A stretch of DNA of 64,000 bases from an uncultured Clostridia bacterium (GTDB lineage Bacteria > Bacillota > Clostridia > Lachnospirales > Anaerotignaceae). Shown piece by piece: positions 51,631 through 60,152 of this stretch. The translations under genes were made by a program, and so were the position numbers. The number at the start of each line of letters is the position of its first letter. The stretch's first letter is position 1. The stretch covers positions 58,587-122,586 of the forward strand of contig CAJTZO010000002.1 in assembly GCA_910583755.1 (NCBI GenBank). Direction: 5' to 3'. The notes below the pieces were generated by a model that was given only the letters and a program-made list of their open reading frames with translations, was not told the DNA's origin and did not search any database.

Positions 51631-51811
51631 CACTTTCTTTCAAGAAAGTAAGCAAAAAATGTTTGTGCAAAACTAACATTTTGCTACCATACAGAGAGAT
51701 GGAACAAGCTTTTAGTTGGACAACAACAAGACACCATCAAACAAAACATTTTATTCTGTTTGTAAAAGAAAAAGGTTTTGACAGAAAAAACGATTTTTTT
51801 TGAAATAACTA

Positions 51812-51840
51812 TTGTATACAAGGAATAGATTGTTTATAAT
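51812..51840 (+). promoter_or_regulatory. sigmaA promoter of pta
   Basis: TTGTAT-N17-TATAAT. Confidence 0.55.
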
Positions 51841-51978
51841 AAGGATAAAAGGTGCAAATTACCAATTTGTTACTAAATATTTGCCCAATAAAATGTCAAA
51901 GAATATAATATGATTGTAGAGGTTTGGTTTATTGGGTAACAAAATGACTATTTTTCTATAGAGCAGGAGGTTTTAGTT

Positions 51979-52974
51979 GTGGATTTTATAACAAAAATCA
52001 AAGAAAGAGCAAAAAAAGACAAAAGAGCGATTGTATTACCAGAATCGTATGAAATTAGAAACTTAAAAGCAGCAGACGCAGCACTGAAAGAAGGATTAGC
52101 TGATATTATTTTAGTAGGAAACAAAGAAAAAATAGCAGCGGTAGCACCAGAGTGTGACTTATCAAAAGCAATTTTTATTGACCCAGAAAATTATGACAGA
52201 ATGGATGAAGTAGTGAATACTTTAGTAGACATTAGAAAAAGCAAAGGAATTACAGCAGAAGATGCTAAAAAAATGTTGGAAGACCCATTATTTTTTGGTG
52301 TTATGCTTGTAAAATTAGGCGTTGCAGATGGTATGGTTTCTGGCGCAATTCATGCAACGGCAAATGTGTTAAGACCAGCGTTACAAATCTTAAAAACAGA
52401 CCCAAGTGCAGACCTTGTTTCTGCTTTCTTTATGATGGTATGCCCAGATAAAACATATGGGGCAGATGGTGTCTTTTTATTTGCAGACTGTGGATTAAAC
52501 CAAAATCCAACTTCTGCGGAATTAGCAGGAATTGCAGCAAGTTCTGCAAAATCTTTTGAAACTTTTGTAGATGCAGAAGCTAAAATTGCAATGCTTTCTC
52601 ATTCTTCTAAAGGAAGTGCAAAACATGCTGATGTGGACAAGGTTGTGGAAGGTGTTCGCATTGCAAAAGAAAAATATCCTGATTTAAAAGTAGATGGTGA
52701 ATTACAATTAGATGCTGCCATTGTACCAGAAATTGGTTCTCAAAAAGCACCAGATAGTTCTGTTGCAGGAAAAGCAAATGTATTAGTATTCCCTGATTTG
52801 GATGCTGGAAATATTGGTTATAAATTAGTACAAAGATTAGCAGGTGCAGAAGCATATGGCCCTATTCTACAGGGAATTGCAAAACCAGTCAATGACCTTT
52901 CCAGAGGCTGTTCTGCAGAAGATATTGTAGGTGTTATTGCCATTACAGCAATTCAGGCACAAATGCAAAAATAA
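51979..52974 (+). CDS. pta: Phosphate acetyltransferase
   Basis: IVLPES, DGMVSGA, ADCGL, DGELQLDAA, FPDLDAGNIGYK, NDLSRGCS. Confidence 0.97.
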   Translation: MDFITKIKERAKKDKRAIVLPESYEIRNLKAADAALKEGLADIILVGNKEKIAAVAPECDLSKAIFIDPENYDRMDEVVNTLVDIRKSKGITAEDAKKMLEDPLFFGVMLVKLGVADGMVSGAIHATANVLRPALQILKTDPSADLVSAFFMMVCPDKTYGADGVFLFADCGLNQNPTSAELAGIAASSAKSFETFVDAEAKIAMLSHSSKGSAKHADVDKVVEGVRIAKEKYPDLKVDGELQLDAAIVPEIGSQKAPDSSVAGKANVLVFPDLDAGNIGYKLVQRLAGAEAYGPILQGIAKPVNDLSRGCSAEDIVGVIAITAIQAQMQK

Positions 52975-52975
52975 A

Positions 52976-53213
52976 AATCTTGAGGACTTTGCTCTCAAAC
53001 ACTTCCTTTCTTTTAAGAAAGGAAGCGAAAGAACTTTAATTTTGTTTAACAGAATTAACTGTAAAATTTTAGAATCCTTTTAAATAGAACTCTATTGTTA
53101 CAAAAGATTTCTTGAAAGAAAGAAAACGGCAAAAATAAAGTTTTTGCAATAAAGTTCTTTGTCCAACTTTCTTCCAAGAAAGTTGGTGTGGTTTGGAGCA
53201 AAGCTCCAAGGTC
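52976..53213. repeat. Inverted doublet of the hairpin unit between pta and ackA, without MITE termini
   Basis: Left arm aatcttgaggactttgctctcaaacacttcctttcttttaagaaaggaagcgaaagaacttt; right arm aaagttctttgtccaactttcttccaagaaagttggtgtggtttggagcaaagctccaagg. Confidence 0.7.
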
Positions 53214-53245
53214 TTAAGCTTTGAAAAAGATAAGGAGAGAAAAAA

Positions 53246-54442
53246 ATGAAAATTCTTGTTTTAAATTGTGGTAGTTCCTCTTTGAAATATCAGTTAATTG
53301 ATAGTGATACAGAAGCTGTTTTAGCAAAAGGTCTTTGCGAAAGAATTGGTATTGAAGGTTCTAAATTAAAACATCAACCAGCAGGAAAAAGTGATGTTAT
53401 TTTTAATGACTATATGGAAGACCATACAGTGGCTGTAAAAATGGTGATTGATGCCCTTTTAGATAGTAATCATGGTGTTGTAGCTAATGTAAAAGAAATT
53501 AATGCGGTAGGTCATAGAGTGGTGCATGGTGGAGAATATTTTGCAAATTCTGTTGTGATTACACCTGAAGTAAAAGAAGCTATTCAAAAATGCTGTGAAT
53601 TGGCACCTTTGCACAATCCAGCAAATTTAATTGGTATTGATGCTTGCGAAAAAATTATGCCTGGTGTGCCTCAAGTAGCTGTGTTTGATACTGCTTTCCA
53701 TCAGACAATGCCTGAAAGAGCATTCCTTTATGCTTTGCCATATGAATATTATGAAAAATATAAAATTAGAAGATATGGTTTTCATGGTACAAGCCATAAA
53801 TTTGTGGCACAGGAAGCTGCAAAAATGATTAACCGTCCTATCCAAGAATCCAAAATTATTACATGCCATTTAGGAAATGGAGGCAGTATTTGTGCAGTAA
53901 GAAATGGAAAATCCATTGATACTTCTATGGGCTTCACTCCTTTGGAAGGTCTTGTAATGGGTACTCGTGCTGGTGACGTGGATGCAGCAGTGATTACATT
54001 TTTGATGGAAAAGGAAGGTTTGACACCAGCAGAAATGGATAACATTTTAAATAAAAAATCTGGTGTACTTGGTATTTCTGGTGTTTCCAGTGACTTTAGA
54101 GATATTGAAGGTGCAAGAGATGAAGGAAATGTAAGAGCAGAAGCTGCATTGGATATTTTTGCTTATCGTGTAGCAAAATATATTGGTGAATATGCAGCAG
54201 CAATGAATGGTGTGGATGCAATTGTATTTACAGCAGGTTTAGGAGAAAATTCTGGTTCTATCAGACGCTTGATTTGTGACTATTTATCTTTCTTGGGCGT
54301 TCATATTGATTCTTACAATAACAGCTTAAGAGGAAAAGCGATTGAAATTTCTGCACCAGATTCTCGTATTAGAGTGCTTGTTATTCCAACAAATGAGGAG
54401 CTTATGATTGCAAGAGATACAAAAGACTTGCTTGACAAATAA
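53246..54442 (+). CDS. ackA: Acetate kinase
   Basis: [46 protein letters not shown]. Confidence 0.98.
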   Translation: MKILVLNCGSSSLKYQLIDSDTEAVLAKGLCERIGIEGSKLKHQPAGKSDVIFNDYMEDHTVAVKMVIDALLDSNHGVVANVKEINAVGHRVVHGGEYFANSVVITPEVKEAIQKCCELAPLHNPANLIGIDACEKIMPGVPQVAVFDTAFHQTMPERAFLYALPYEYYEKYKIRRYGFHGTSHKFVAQEAAKMINRPIQESKIITCHLGNGGSICAVRNGKSIDTSMGFTPLEGLVMGTRAGDVDAAVITFLMEKEGLTPAEMDNILNKKSGVLGISGVSSDFRDIEGARDEGNVRAEAALDIFAYRVAKYIGEYAAAMNGVDAIVFTAGLGENSGSIRRLICDYLSFLGVHIDSYNNSLRGKAIEISAPDSRIRVLVIPTNEELMIARDTKDLLDK

Positions 54443-54460
54443 TATGCCTTTTTGTATAAT
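54432..54460 (+). promoter_or_regulatory. Consensus sigmaA promoter of yceD-rpmF, overlapping the ackA 3' end
   Basis: TTGACA-N17-TATAAT, perfect match. Confidence 0.85.
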
Positions 54461-54489
54461 ACTTTAGGTACGACGATGGGGTGATAAAA

Positions 54490-54996
54490 ATGATATTGAC
54501 TATTTCTCAGATTTTAAGAAATCCAAATGAAAATATGGAGGTTTCTTTTTCTGAAAAGGTAGAAATGGTTTATCCCGATGTTGTGTGTTTTTCAGAGCCT
54601 GTTACGATAGAAGGTGTTTTGACCAATACCAAAAAAGGAATATTGTTTGAAGCAGAGGGCACAACTGAGGCAGAATTTTTGTGCAGCCGTTGCTTGGCAA
54701 CTGTAAAAAAGCCGATTCAATTCCAGATAAATGAAATATTTTATCAAGCAGGCAAGATAGAAAATGAAAGAGAAGCGGAAACTTTTTCTGATGAACAAAT
54801 TGATTTCACCGACATCATACAACGGAGTATATTGGAAAATTTACCTATGAAAGTTGTGTGTAAAGAGGACTGTAAAGGTTTATGTCCAAAATGTGGTAAA
54901 GATTTGAATGAAGGGAATTGTGACTGTGACCATACAGAATTTGACCCTAGACTAGAAAGTTTGCGCACACTTTTTAATGTTGATGAGGAGGTGTAA
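54490..54996 (+). CDS. yceD: YceD/DUF177 protein
   Basis: CSRCL, PMKVVCKEDCKGLCPKCGKDLNEGNCDC, DPRL; upstream of rpmF. Confidence 0.92.
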   Translation: MILTISQILRNPNENMEVSFSEKVEMVYPDVVCFSEPVTIEGVLTNTKKGILFEAEGTTEAEFLCSRCLATVKKPIQFQINEIFYQAGKIENEREAETFSDEQIDFTDIIQRSILENLPMKVVCKEDCKGLCPKCGKDLNEGNCDCDHTEFDPRLESLRTLFNVDEEV

Positions 54997-55001
54997 AAGA
55001 A

Positions 55002-55181
55002 ATGGCTGTACCAAAAGGACGTGTATCTAAATCAAAAAGAGATAAAAGAAAAGCCCAATCATGGAAAATTGCAACACCAAGTTTAGTAAAATGTAGTAAA
55101 TGTGGTGAATTGATGATGCCTCACCGTGCTTGCAAGGCTTGTGGTTCTTATAATAAAAAAGTTGTTATCAATGTAGACTGA
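55002..55181 (+). CDS. rpmF: 50S ribosomal protein L32 (absent from the ORF track)
   Basis: MAVPKGRVSKSKRDKRKAQSWKIATPSLVKCSKCGELMMPHRACKACGSYNKKVVINVD. Confidence 0.96.
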   Translation: MAVPKGRVSKSKRDKRKAQSWKIATPSLVKCSKCGELMMPHRACKACGSYNKKVVINVD

Positions 55182-55189
55182 TAAAAAGT

Positions 55190-55216
55190 AAAAGACAGCA
55201 ATGTTGCTGTCTTTTC
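55190..55216 (+). terminator. Terminator after rpmF
   Basis: aaaagacagcaa-tg-ttgctgtctttt. Confidence 0.65.
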
Positions 55217-55248
55217 TATTATGGAAAGATAAAAAGAGGTGTGTTTTT

Positions 55249-56232
55249 TTGATAAAAATTGCAGTAGATGCTATGGGCGGCGATAATGCGCCAATAGAAA
55301 TTATCAAGGGAGCAGTAGACAGTGTAAAAGAACAAAATGCGCATATTCTATTGGTGGGACAGCAGAAAGTGATAGAAGAAGAACTAAAAAAATATAGCTA
55401 TCCAAAGGAAAACATTGAGATAATACCAGCAACAGAAATCATATCTACAGAGGAATCTCCTACCAATGCCATCCGAAGAAAAAAAGATTCTTCTATGGTA
55501 GTGGGGTTAAATTTAGTAAAACAAAAAAAAGCAGATGCCTTTGTTTCTGCTGGTAGCACAGGAGCATTATTAACGGGAGCTTTGTTTATTGTAGGGCGTA
55601 TGAAGGGGGTAGAGCGTCCTGTATTAGGTACTTGTTTGCCAACAAAAAAGGGTTTTACTTTTTTAGTGGATAGTGGTGCAAATGTAGATTGCAAAGCAAA
55701 ATATTTAGAACAGTTTGCAAAAATGTCTTCCGTTTATGTGGAAAATATGTTTTCTATTAAAAATCCGAAAGTTGCACTTGTAAATATTGGTGCAGAAAAA
55801 GAAAAAGGAAATATTTTGACAAAAGAAGCTTATGAATTATTAGAACAAGCTAACCTAAATTTTATAGGAAATATAGAGCCCAGAGAAATTCCTTTTGGAG
55901 AGGCGGATATTGTTGTATGTGATGGTTTTGTAGGTAATACCATTTTAAAATTGTCAGAAGGTTTAAGCATGGCACTTTTGGGTATGATAAAACAAGAAAT
56001 TACAGTAGGACCTTATAAACTGGCAGCAGCAGCATTAAAAAAACCATTCCGTAATCTCAAAAAAAAGTTAGATGCTGATGAAATAGGAGGTGCGCCTTTT
56101 TTGGGTTTACAATCTCTTGTAGTAAAGGCACATGGCAGCTCTAATGCAAAGGCAATTAAAAATGCAATAAAACAGTGTATGTTATTTGCAGAAGCGGACA
56201 TTGTAACAAAGATAGGGGAAAAAATAGGATAA
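55249..56232 (+). CDS. plsX: Phosphate acyltransferase PlsX
   Basis: IAVDAMGGDNAP, SAGSTGA, DSGANVD, VCDGFVGN, GGAPFLG, VKAHGSS; TTG start after gaggtg. Confidence 0.96.
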   Translation: MIKIAVDAMGGDNAPIEIIKGAVDSVKEQNAHILLVGQQKVIEEELKKYSYPKENIEIIPATEIISTEESPTNAIRRKKDSSMVVGLNLVKQKKADAFVSAGSTGALLTGALFIVGRMKGVERPVLGTCLPTKKGFTFLVDSGANVDCKAKYLEQFAKMSSVYVENMFSIKNPKVALVNIGAEKEKGNILTKEAYELLEQANLNFIGNIEPREIPFGEADIVVCDGFVGNTILKLSEGLSMALLGMIKQEITVGPYKLAAAALKKPFRNLKKKLDADEIGGAPFLGLQSLVVKAHGSSNAKAIKNAIKQCMLFAEADIVTKIGEKIG

Positions 56233-56415
56233 ATTTTTGAATTTCTATCAATTTTATGAAATTAATGCTGACAAAATCTTTGTTTTGGAGTATATTATAA
56301 AAAAAGTATAATACATACATTAATACAAATGTATTTTTGTATAAAGACGATGTATATGAAATACTTTTATTGATGGTACAAAGAAATTAATTCTATCGTT
56401 TGGGAGGTAATGGTT

Positions 56416-56646
56416 ATGGAAGAATCCAAAGTAATCGAAATTATTGGAGAACAGCTTGGTATTTCGGCATCAGAGTTAGATGAGGATACAGTATTAGCAG
56501 ATTTAGGGGCAGATTCATTAGATTTATTTCAAATTATATCTGCTTTAGAGGAAGCATTTGATATTGAATTTGATAATGAACAAGCAGAAAATTTAAAAAC
56601 AGTGGGAGACGCAATAGAATACATCAAAGTGACAGTGGAGAAATAA
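56416..56646 (+). CDS. acpP: Acyl carrier protein
   Basis: DLGADSLD, LEEAFDIE, TVGDA. Confidence 0.93.
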   Translation: MEESKVIEIIGEQLGISASELDEDTVLADLGADSLDLFQIISALEEAFDIEFDNEQAENLKTVGDAIEYIKVTVEK

Positions 56647-56647
56647 T

Positions 56648-57346
56648 ATGAATATGGAACAATTTGAGCTTTTTGAAAAAAAAATAGGGTATACATTTTC
56701 AAATAAAGAAATATTATTGTTAGCATTTACTCACAGTTCTTTTGCAAATGAGCAAAAAAAATGCAACCATGAAAATAATGAGCGTTTGGAGTTCTTAGGA
56801 GATGCTGTATTAGACATGGTAGTGAGTGAATACATGTATCGTATTTATCCAGAAATGCCGGAAGGGGAATTGACAAAGCTAAGGGCAAGTGTTGTTTGTG
56901 AAGGCTCTTTAGCACAATTGGCAAGACAATTAGAATTAGGAAATTATTTATTTTTGGGAAAAGGAGAGGAAAGCACAGGAGGCAGAAATAGAGATTCCAT
57001 ACTGGCAGATACTTTCGAGGCTGTCATAGGTGCCATTTGCATTGATGGCGGAATGGAAAGTGTGACAAAATATATTCTTGGACTAATGCAAGAAGAAATA
57101 CAAAAAACAAAAAACAGTTTTAAGATGAGAGACTGCAAAACACATTTACAGGAACTGATACAACGGACAAGTAAATATCCAGTACATTATGTAATTGTAG
57201 GAGAAACAGGACCAGACCACAGCAAGCAATTTGTGGCAGAGGTACAGCATATTAACAAGATATTAGGCAAGGGTTCTGGAAAAAGTAAAAAAGAGGCAGA
57301 ACAGGCAGCAGCACAAGATGCTTTACGCTTTCTTGAAAAAAACTAG
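56648..57346 (+). CDS. rnc: Ribonuclease III
   Basis: AFTHSS, NERLEFLGDAVL, ADTFEAVIGA, dsRBD GKSKKEAEQAAA. Confidence 0.97.
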   Translation: MNMEQFELFEKKIGYTFSNKEILLLAFTHSSFANEQKKCNHENNERLEFLGDAVLDMVVSEYMYRIYPEMPEGELTKLRASVVCEGSLAQLARQLELGNYLFLGKGEESTGGRNRDSILADTFEAVIGAICIDGGMESVTKYILGLMQEEIQKTKNSFKMRDCKTHLQELIQRTSKYPVHYVIVGETGPDHSKQFVAEVQHINKILGKGSGKSKKEAEQAAAQDALRFLEKN

Positions 57347-57417
57347 AATTTTAATGACAGTTCACAGGGGAAAATGCAAAATGGAACTGTAGTATAAGTT
57401 CATTAAATAAAGTAATA

Positions 57418-57612
57418 CAGTTTGTCAATAAAGTCTTTTTTGTGGGTTTCATCCACACCCACTAACTTTTTTTAAAAAAGTTGAACAAAAAACTTTCGTG
57501 GAAAAACTAGCATTTTTCTTTATCAAATCAATCTTTTTAGCGAAACGTTAGTTTCGCATTAAAGTTCTTTGATGCGTTTGAAGACTAGCCCTCAAGGTTT
57601 ATTGACAAGCTG
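57418..57612 (+). mobile_element. MITE copy with 6-bp target duplication
   Basis: cagtttgtcaataaagtc ... ctcaaggtttattgacaagctg; gtaata at 57412-57417 and 57613-57618. Confidence 0.9.
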
Positions 57613-57670
57613 GTAATAGTTATTTGTAAAAGTTCTTTTCTTTTTTTAATAAAGAAGGAAGAAAGTTTTA

Positions 57671-57702
57671 AAAGGGTTCAATGTTTAGTTGAGCCTTTTT
57701 TG
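57671..57702 (+). terminator. Intrinsic terminator upstream of the uvrB promoter region
   Basis: aaagggttcaa ... ttgagcctttttt. Confidence 0.55.
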
Positions 57703-57714
57703 TTTTATAAAAAT

Positions 57715-57728
57715 AGAATATTTGTTCT
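57715..57728. promoter_or_regulatory. LexA (SOS) box upstream of uvrB
   Basis: AGAAT-ATTT-GTTCT, one mismatch to the Firmicute GAAC-N4-GTTC. Confidence 0.65.
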
Positions 57729-57796
57729 ATTTTTTGTGTACATTTTATGTTTGTTATGATAAAATAAAACTCTAACAAAAGAATGGAGGGAAAACT

Positions 57797-59776
57797 ATGG
57801 AGCGCTTTGAAATTCAATCAAAATATAAACCCACAGGCGACCAGCCACAAGCGATACAAAAAATAGTGGAAGGTTTCCAAAAAGGATTGAAGTATCAGAC
57901 ATTGCTGGGAGTAACAGGTTCTGGAAAAACGTTTACTATGGCAAATGTTATTGAGAAATTACAAAAGCCTACCCTTGTCATTGCTCATAACAAAACACTT
58001 GCTGCACAGTTATATAATGAATTTAAAGAATTATTTCCCAATAATGCAGTAGAGTATTTTGTGTCCTACTATGACTACTACCAACCGGAAGCATATGTGC
58101 CTAGTACAGATACTTATATTGAAAAAGATTCTGCTATCAATGATGAAATTGATAAATTACGTCATTCTGCTACAGCAGCGTTGCTGGAAAGAAAAGATGT
58201 TTTGATTGTTGCAAGTGTTTCCTGTATTTATGGCTTAGGTGACCCTGAAAGTTATCAAGAAATGTTGCTTTCTCTTCGTCCTGGTATGATAAAAGATAGA
58301 GATGAAGTATTAAAAAGATTGATTGAAATACAATATAATAGAAATGATATGAGCTTTGAAAGAGGAACTTTCCGTGTAAGAGGAGATGTTGTGGAAATTT
58401 TTCCAGTGGCAAGCAGTGAACAAGCCATTCGTGTAGAATTTTTTGGAGATGAAATTGATAGAATTACAGAAATTGATGTTTTAACAGGTAAAATATTGGG
58501 AACAAGGAACCATGTTGCGATTTTTCCCGCTTCCCATTATGTAACACCTCCTGATAAGCTAGAAATTGCCATTGCAAGAATAGAGCAGGAATTAGAACAA
58601 AGACTTCAAGAATTAAAAAGAGAAGACAAATTATTAGAAGTGCAACGTTTAGAACAAAGAACACATTATGATATTGAAATGATGAGAGAAATGGGATTTT
58701 GTTCTGGAATTGAAAATTATTCCAGACATTTATCATTGCGGGAAAAGGGTGCTACTCCTTACACACTGATTGATTTTTTTCCAGAGGATTTTTTAATCAT
58801 TGCAGATGAATCACATGTGTCTATTCCACAAATTAGAGGAATGTATGAGGGGGACAAGTCTCGAAAAACAACACTTGTAGATTATGGATTTAGGTTGCCT
58901 TCTGCACTAGACAACAGACCATTAAAATTTGAAGAATTTGAAAGGCATATGCATCAAATATTATTTGTATCGGCAACCCCTTCTGTTTATGAAAAGGAAC
59001 ATGCACAACAAATTGCAGAGCAATTAATTAGACCAACAGGGTTATTAGACCCAGAAGTAGTGATAAAACCAATTACAGGGCAAATAGATGACTTAATCAT
59101 GGAAGTGCAAAAGACAACAGGAAAAAATCAAAAGGTATTGATTACAACACTGACTAAAAAAATGGCGGAACGTTTGACAGAATATATGAAGGAAGCAGGA
59201 ATCAGAGTTAGATATTTACATTCGGATATTGATACCTTAGAACGTTTGGAGATTATACGAGATTTAAGGATGGACGTTTTTGACGTACTTGTGGGTATCA
59301 ATCTGTTACGGGAGGGTTTAGACATACCAGAGGTGTCTCTTGTTGCAATTTTGGATGCAGATAAAGAAGGCTTTTTACGTTCGGAAACTTCTTTAATACA
59401 GACGATTGGTAGGGCAGCAAGAAATGCGGAAGGTAGAGTTATTTTATATGCAGATGTCATAACAGATAGCATGAAAAGAGCAGTGACAGAAACAGAAAGA
59501 AGAAGAAGTGTACAGCAGCAATATAATGAAGAAAATGGCATTATTCCACAAACAATTATAAAAAAGGTTTATGATATTATACAAGCAACAAAAGCAGTGG
59601 AACAAAAGCAAAATTTTGGATTTGAAAAAGACCCAGAATCTATGAGTCCGGCAGAATTGCAAAAAGAAATACAAAAACTGGAAAAGGAAATGAAAAAAGT
59701 AGCAATGGATTTACAGTTTGAAAGAGCGGCAGAACTAAGGGACAAAATTGTGGAATTAAAAAAAGCAATAGAATAG
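57797..59776 (+). CDS. uvrB: Excinuclease ABC subunit B
   Basis: [56 protein letters not shown]. Confidence 0.98.
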   Translation: MERFEIQSKYKPTGDQPQAIQKIVEGFQKGLKYQTLLGVTGSGKTFTMANVIEKLQKPTLVIAHNKTLAAQLYNEFKELFPNNAVEYFVSYYDYYQPEAYVPSTDTYIEKDSAINDEIDKLRHSATAALLERKDVLIVASVSCIYGLGDPESYQEMLLSLRPGMIKDRDEVLKRLIEIQYNRNDMSFERGTFRVRGDVVEIFPVASSEQAIRVEFFGDEIDRITEIDVLTGKILGTRNHVAIFPASHYVTPPDKLEIAIARIEQELEQRLQELKREDKLLEVQRLEQRTHYDIEMMREMGFCSGIENYSRHLSLREKGATPYTLIDFFPEDFLIIADESHVSIPQIRGMYEGDKSRKTTLVDYGFRLPSALDNRPLKFEEFERHMHQILFVSATPSVYEKEHAQQIAEQLIRPTGLLDPEVVIKPITGQIDDLIMEVQKTTGKNQKVLITTLTKKMAERLTEYMKEAGIRVRYLHSDIDTLERLEIIRDLRMDVFDVLVGINLLREGLDIPEVSLVAILDADKEGFLRSETSLIQTIGRAARNAEGRVILYADVITDSMKRAVTETERRRSVQQQYNEENGIIPQTIIKKVYDIIQATKAVEQKQNFGFEKDPESMSPAELQKEIQKLEKEMKKVAMDLQFERAAELRDKIVELKKAIE

Positions 59777-59972
59777 CAGCTTGTCAAAAAAACTTGAGGG
59801 CTAGCCCTCAAACTCCTCAAAGAAGCTTAAAGCGAAATTAGCATTTCGCCAAAAAGATTGATTTGATAAGGAAAAACGCTAGTTTTTTTATGAAAGTTTT
59901 TTGTCCAACTTTTTTTAAAAAAGTTGATGGGTGTGGGTGAAACCTACAAAAAAAGACTTTATCGACAGGCTG
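59777..59972 (-). mobile_element. MITE copy in reverse orientation with 8-bp target duplication
   Basis: cagcttgtcaaaaaaac ... gactttatcgacaggctg; tagaatag at 59769-59776 (includes the uvrB stop) and 59973-59980. Confidence 0.9.
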
Positions 59973-60152
59973 TAGAATAGTTTTTTTTGTAAACAGAATA
60001 AATTTTAGCTGGTGAGAATCTGTTATTGTTTCAATACAGTCATGATTTAACTTTAAAGCATAATGGCTAAAGTTTTCTTTCAAGAAAGTGTGAAAAAAAT
60101 CAAGAAAAACCTTTATTTTTTTACGAATGGGTCAATTACAAAAGGAGGAAAA

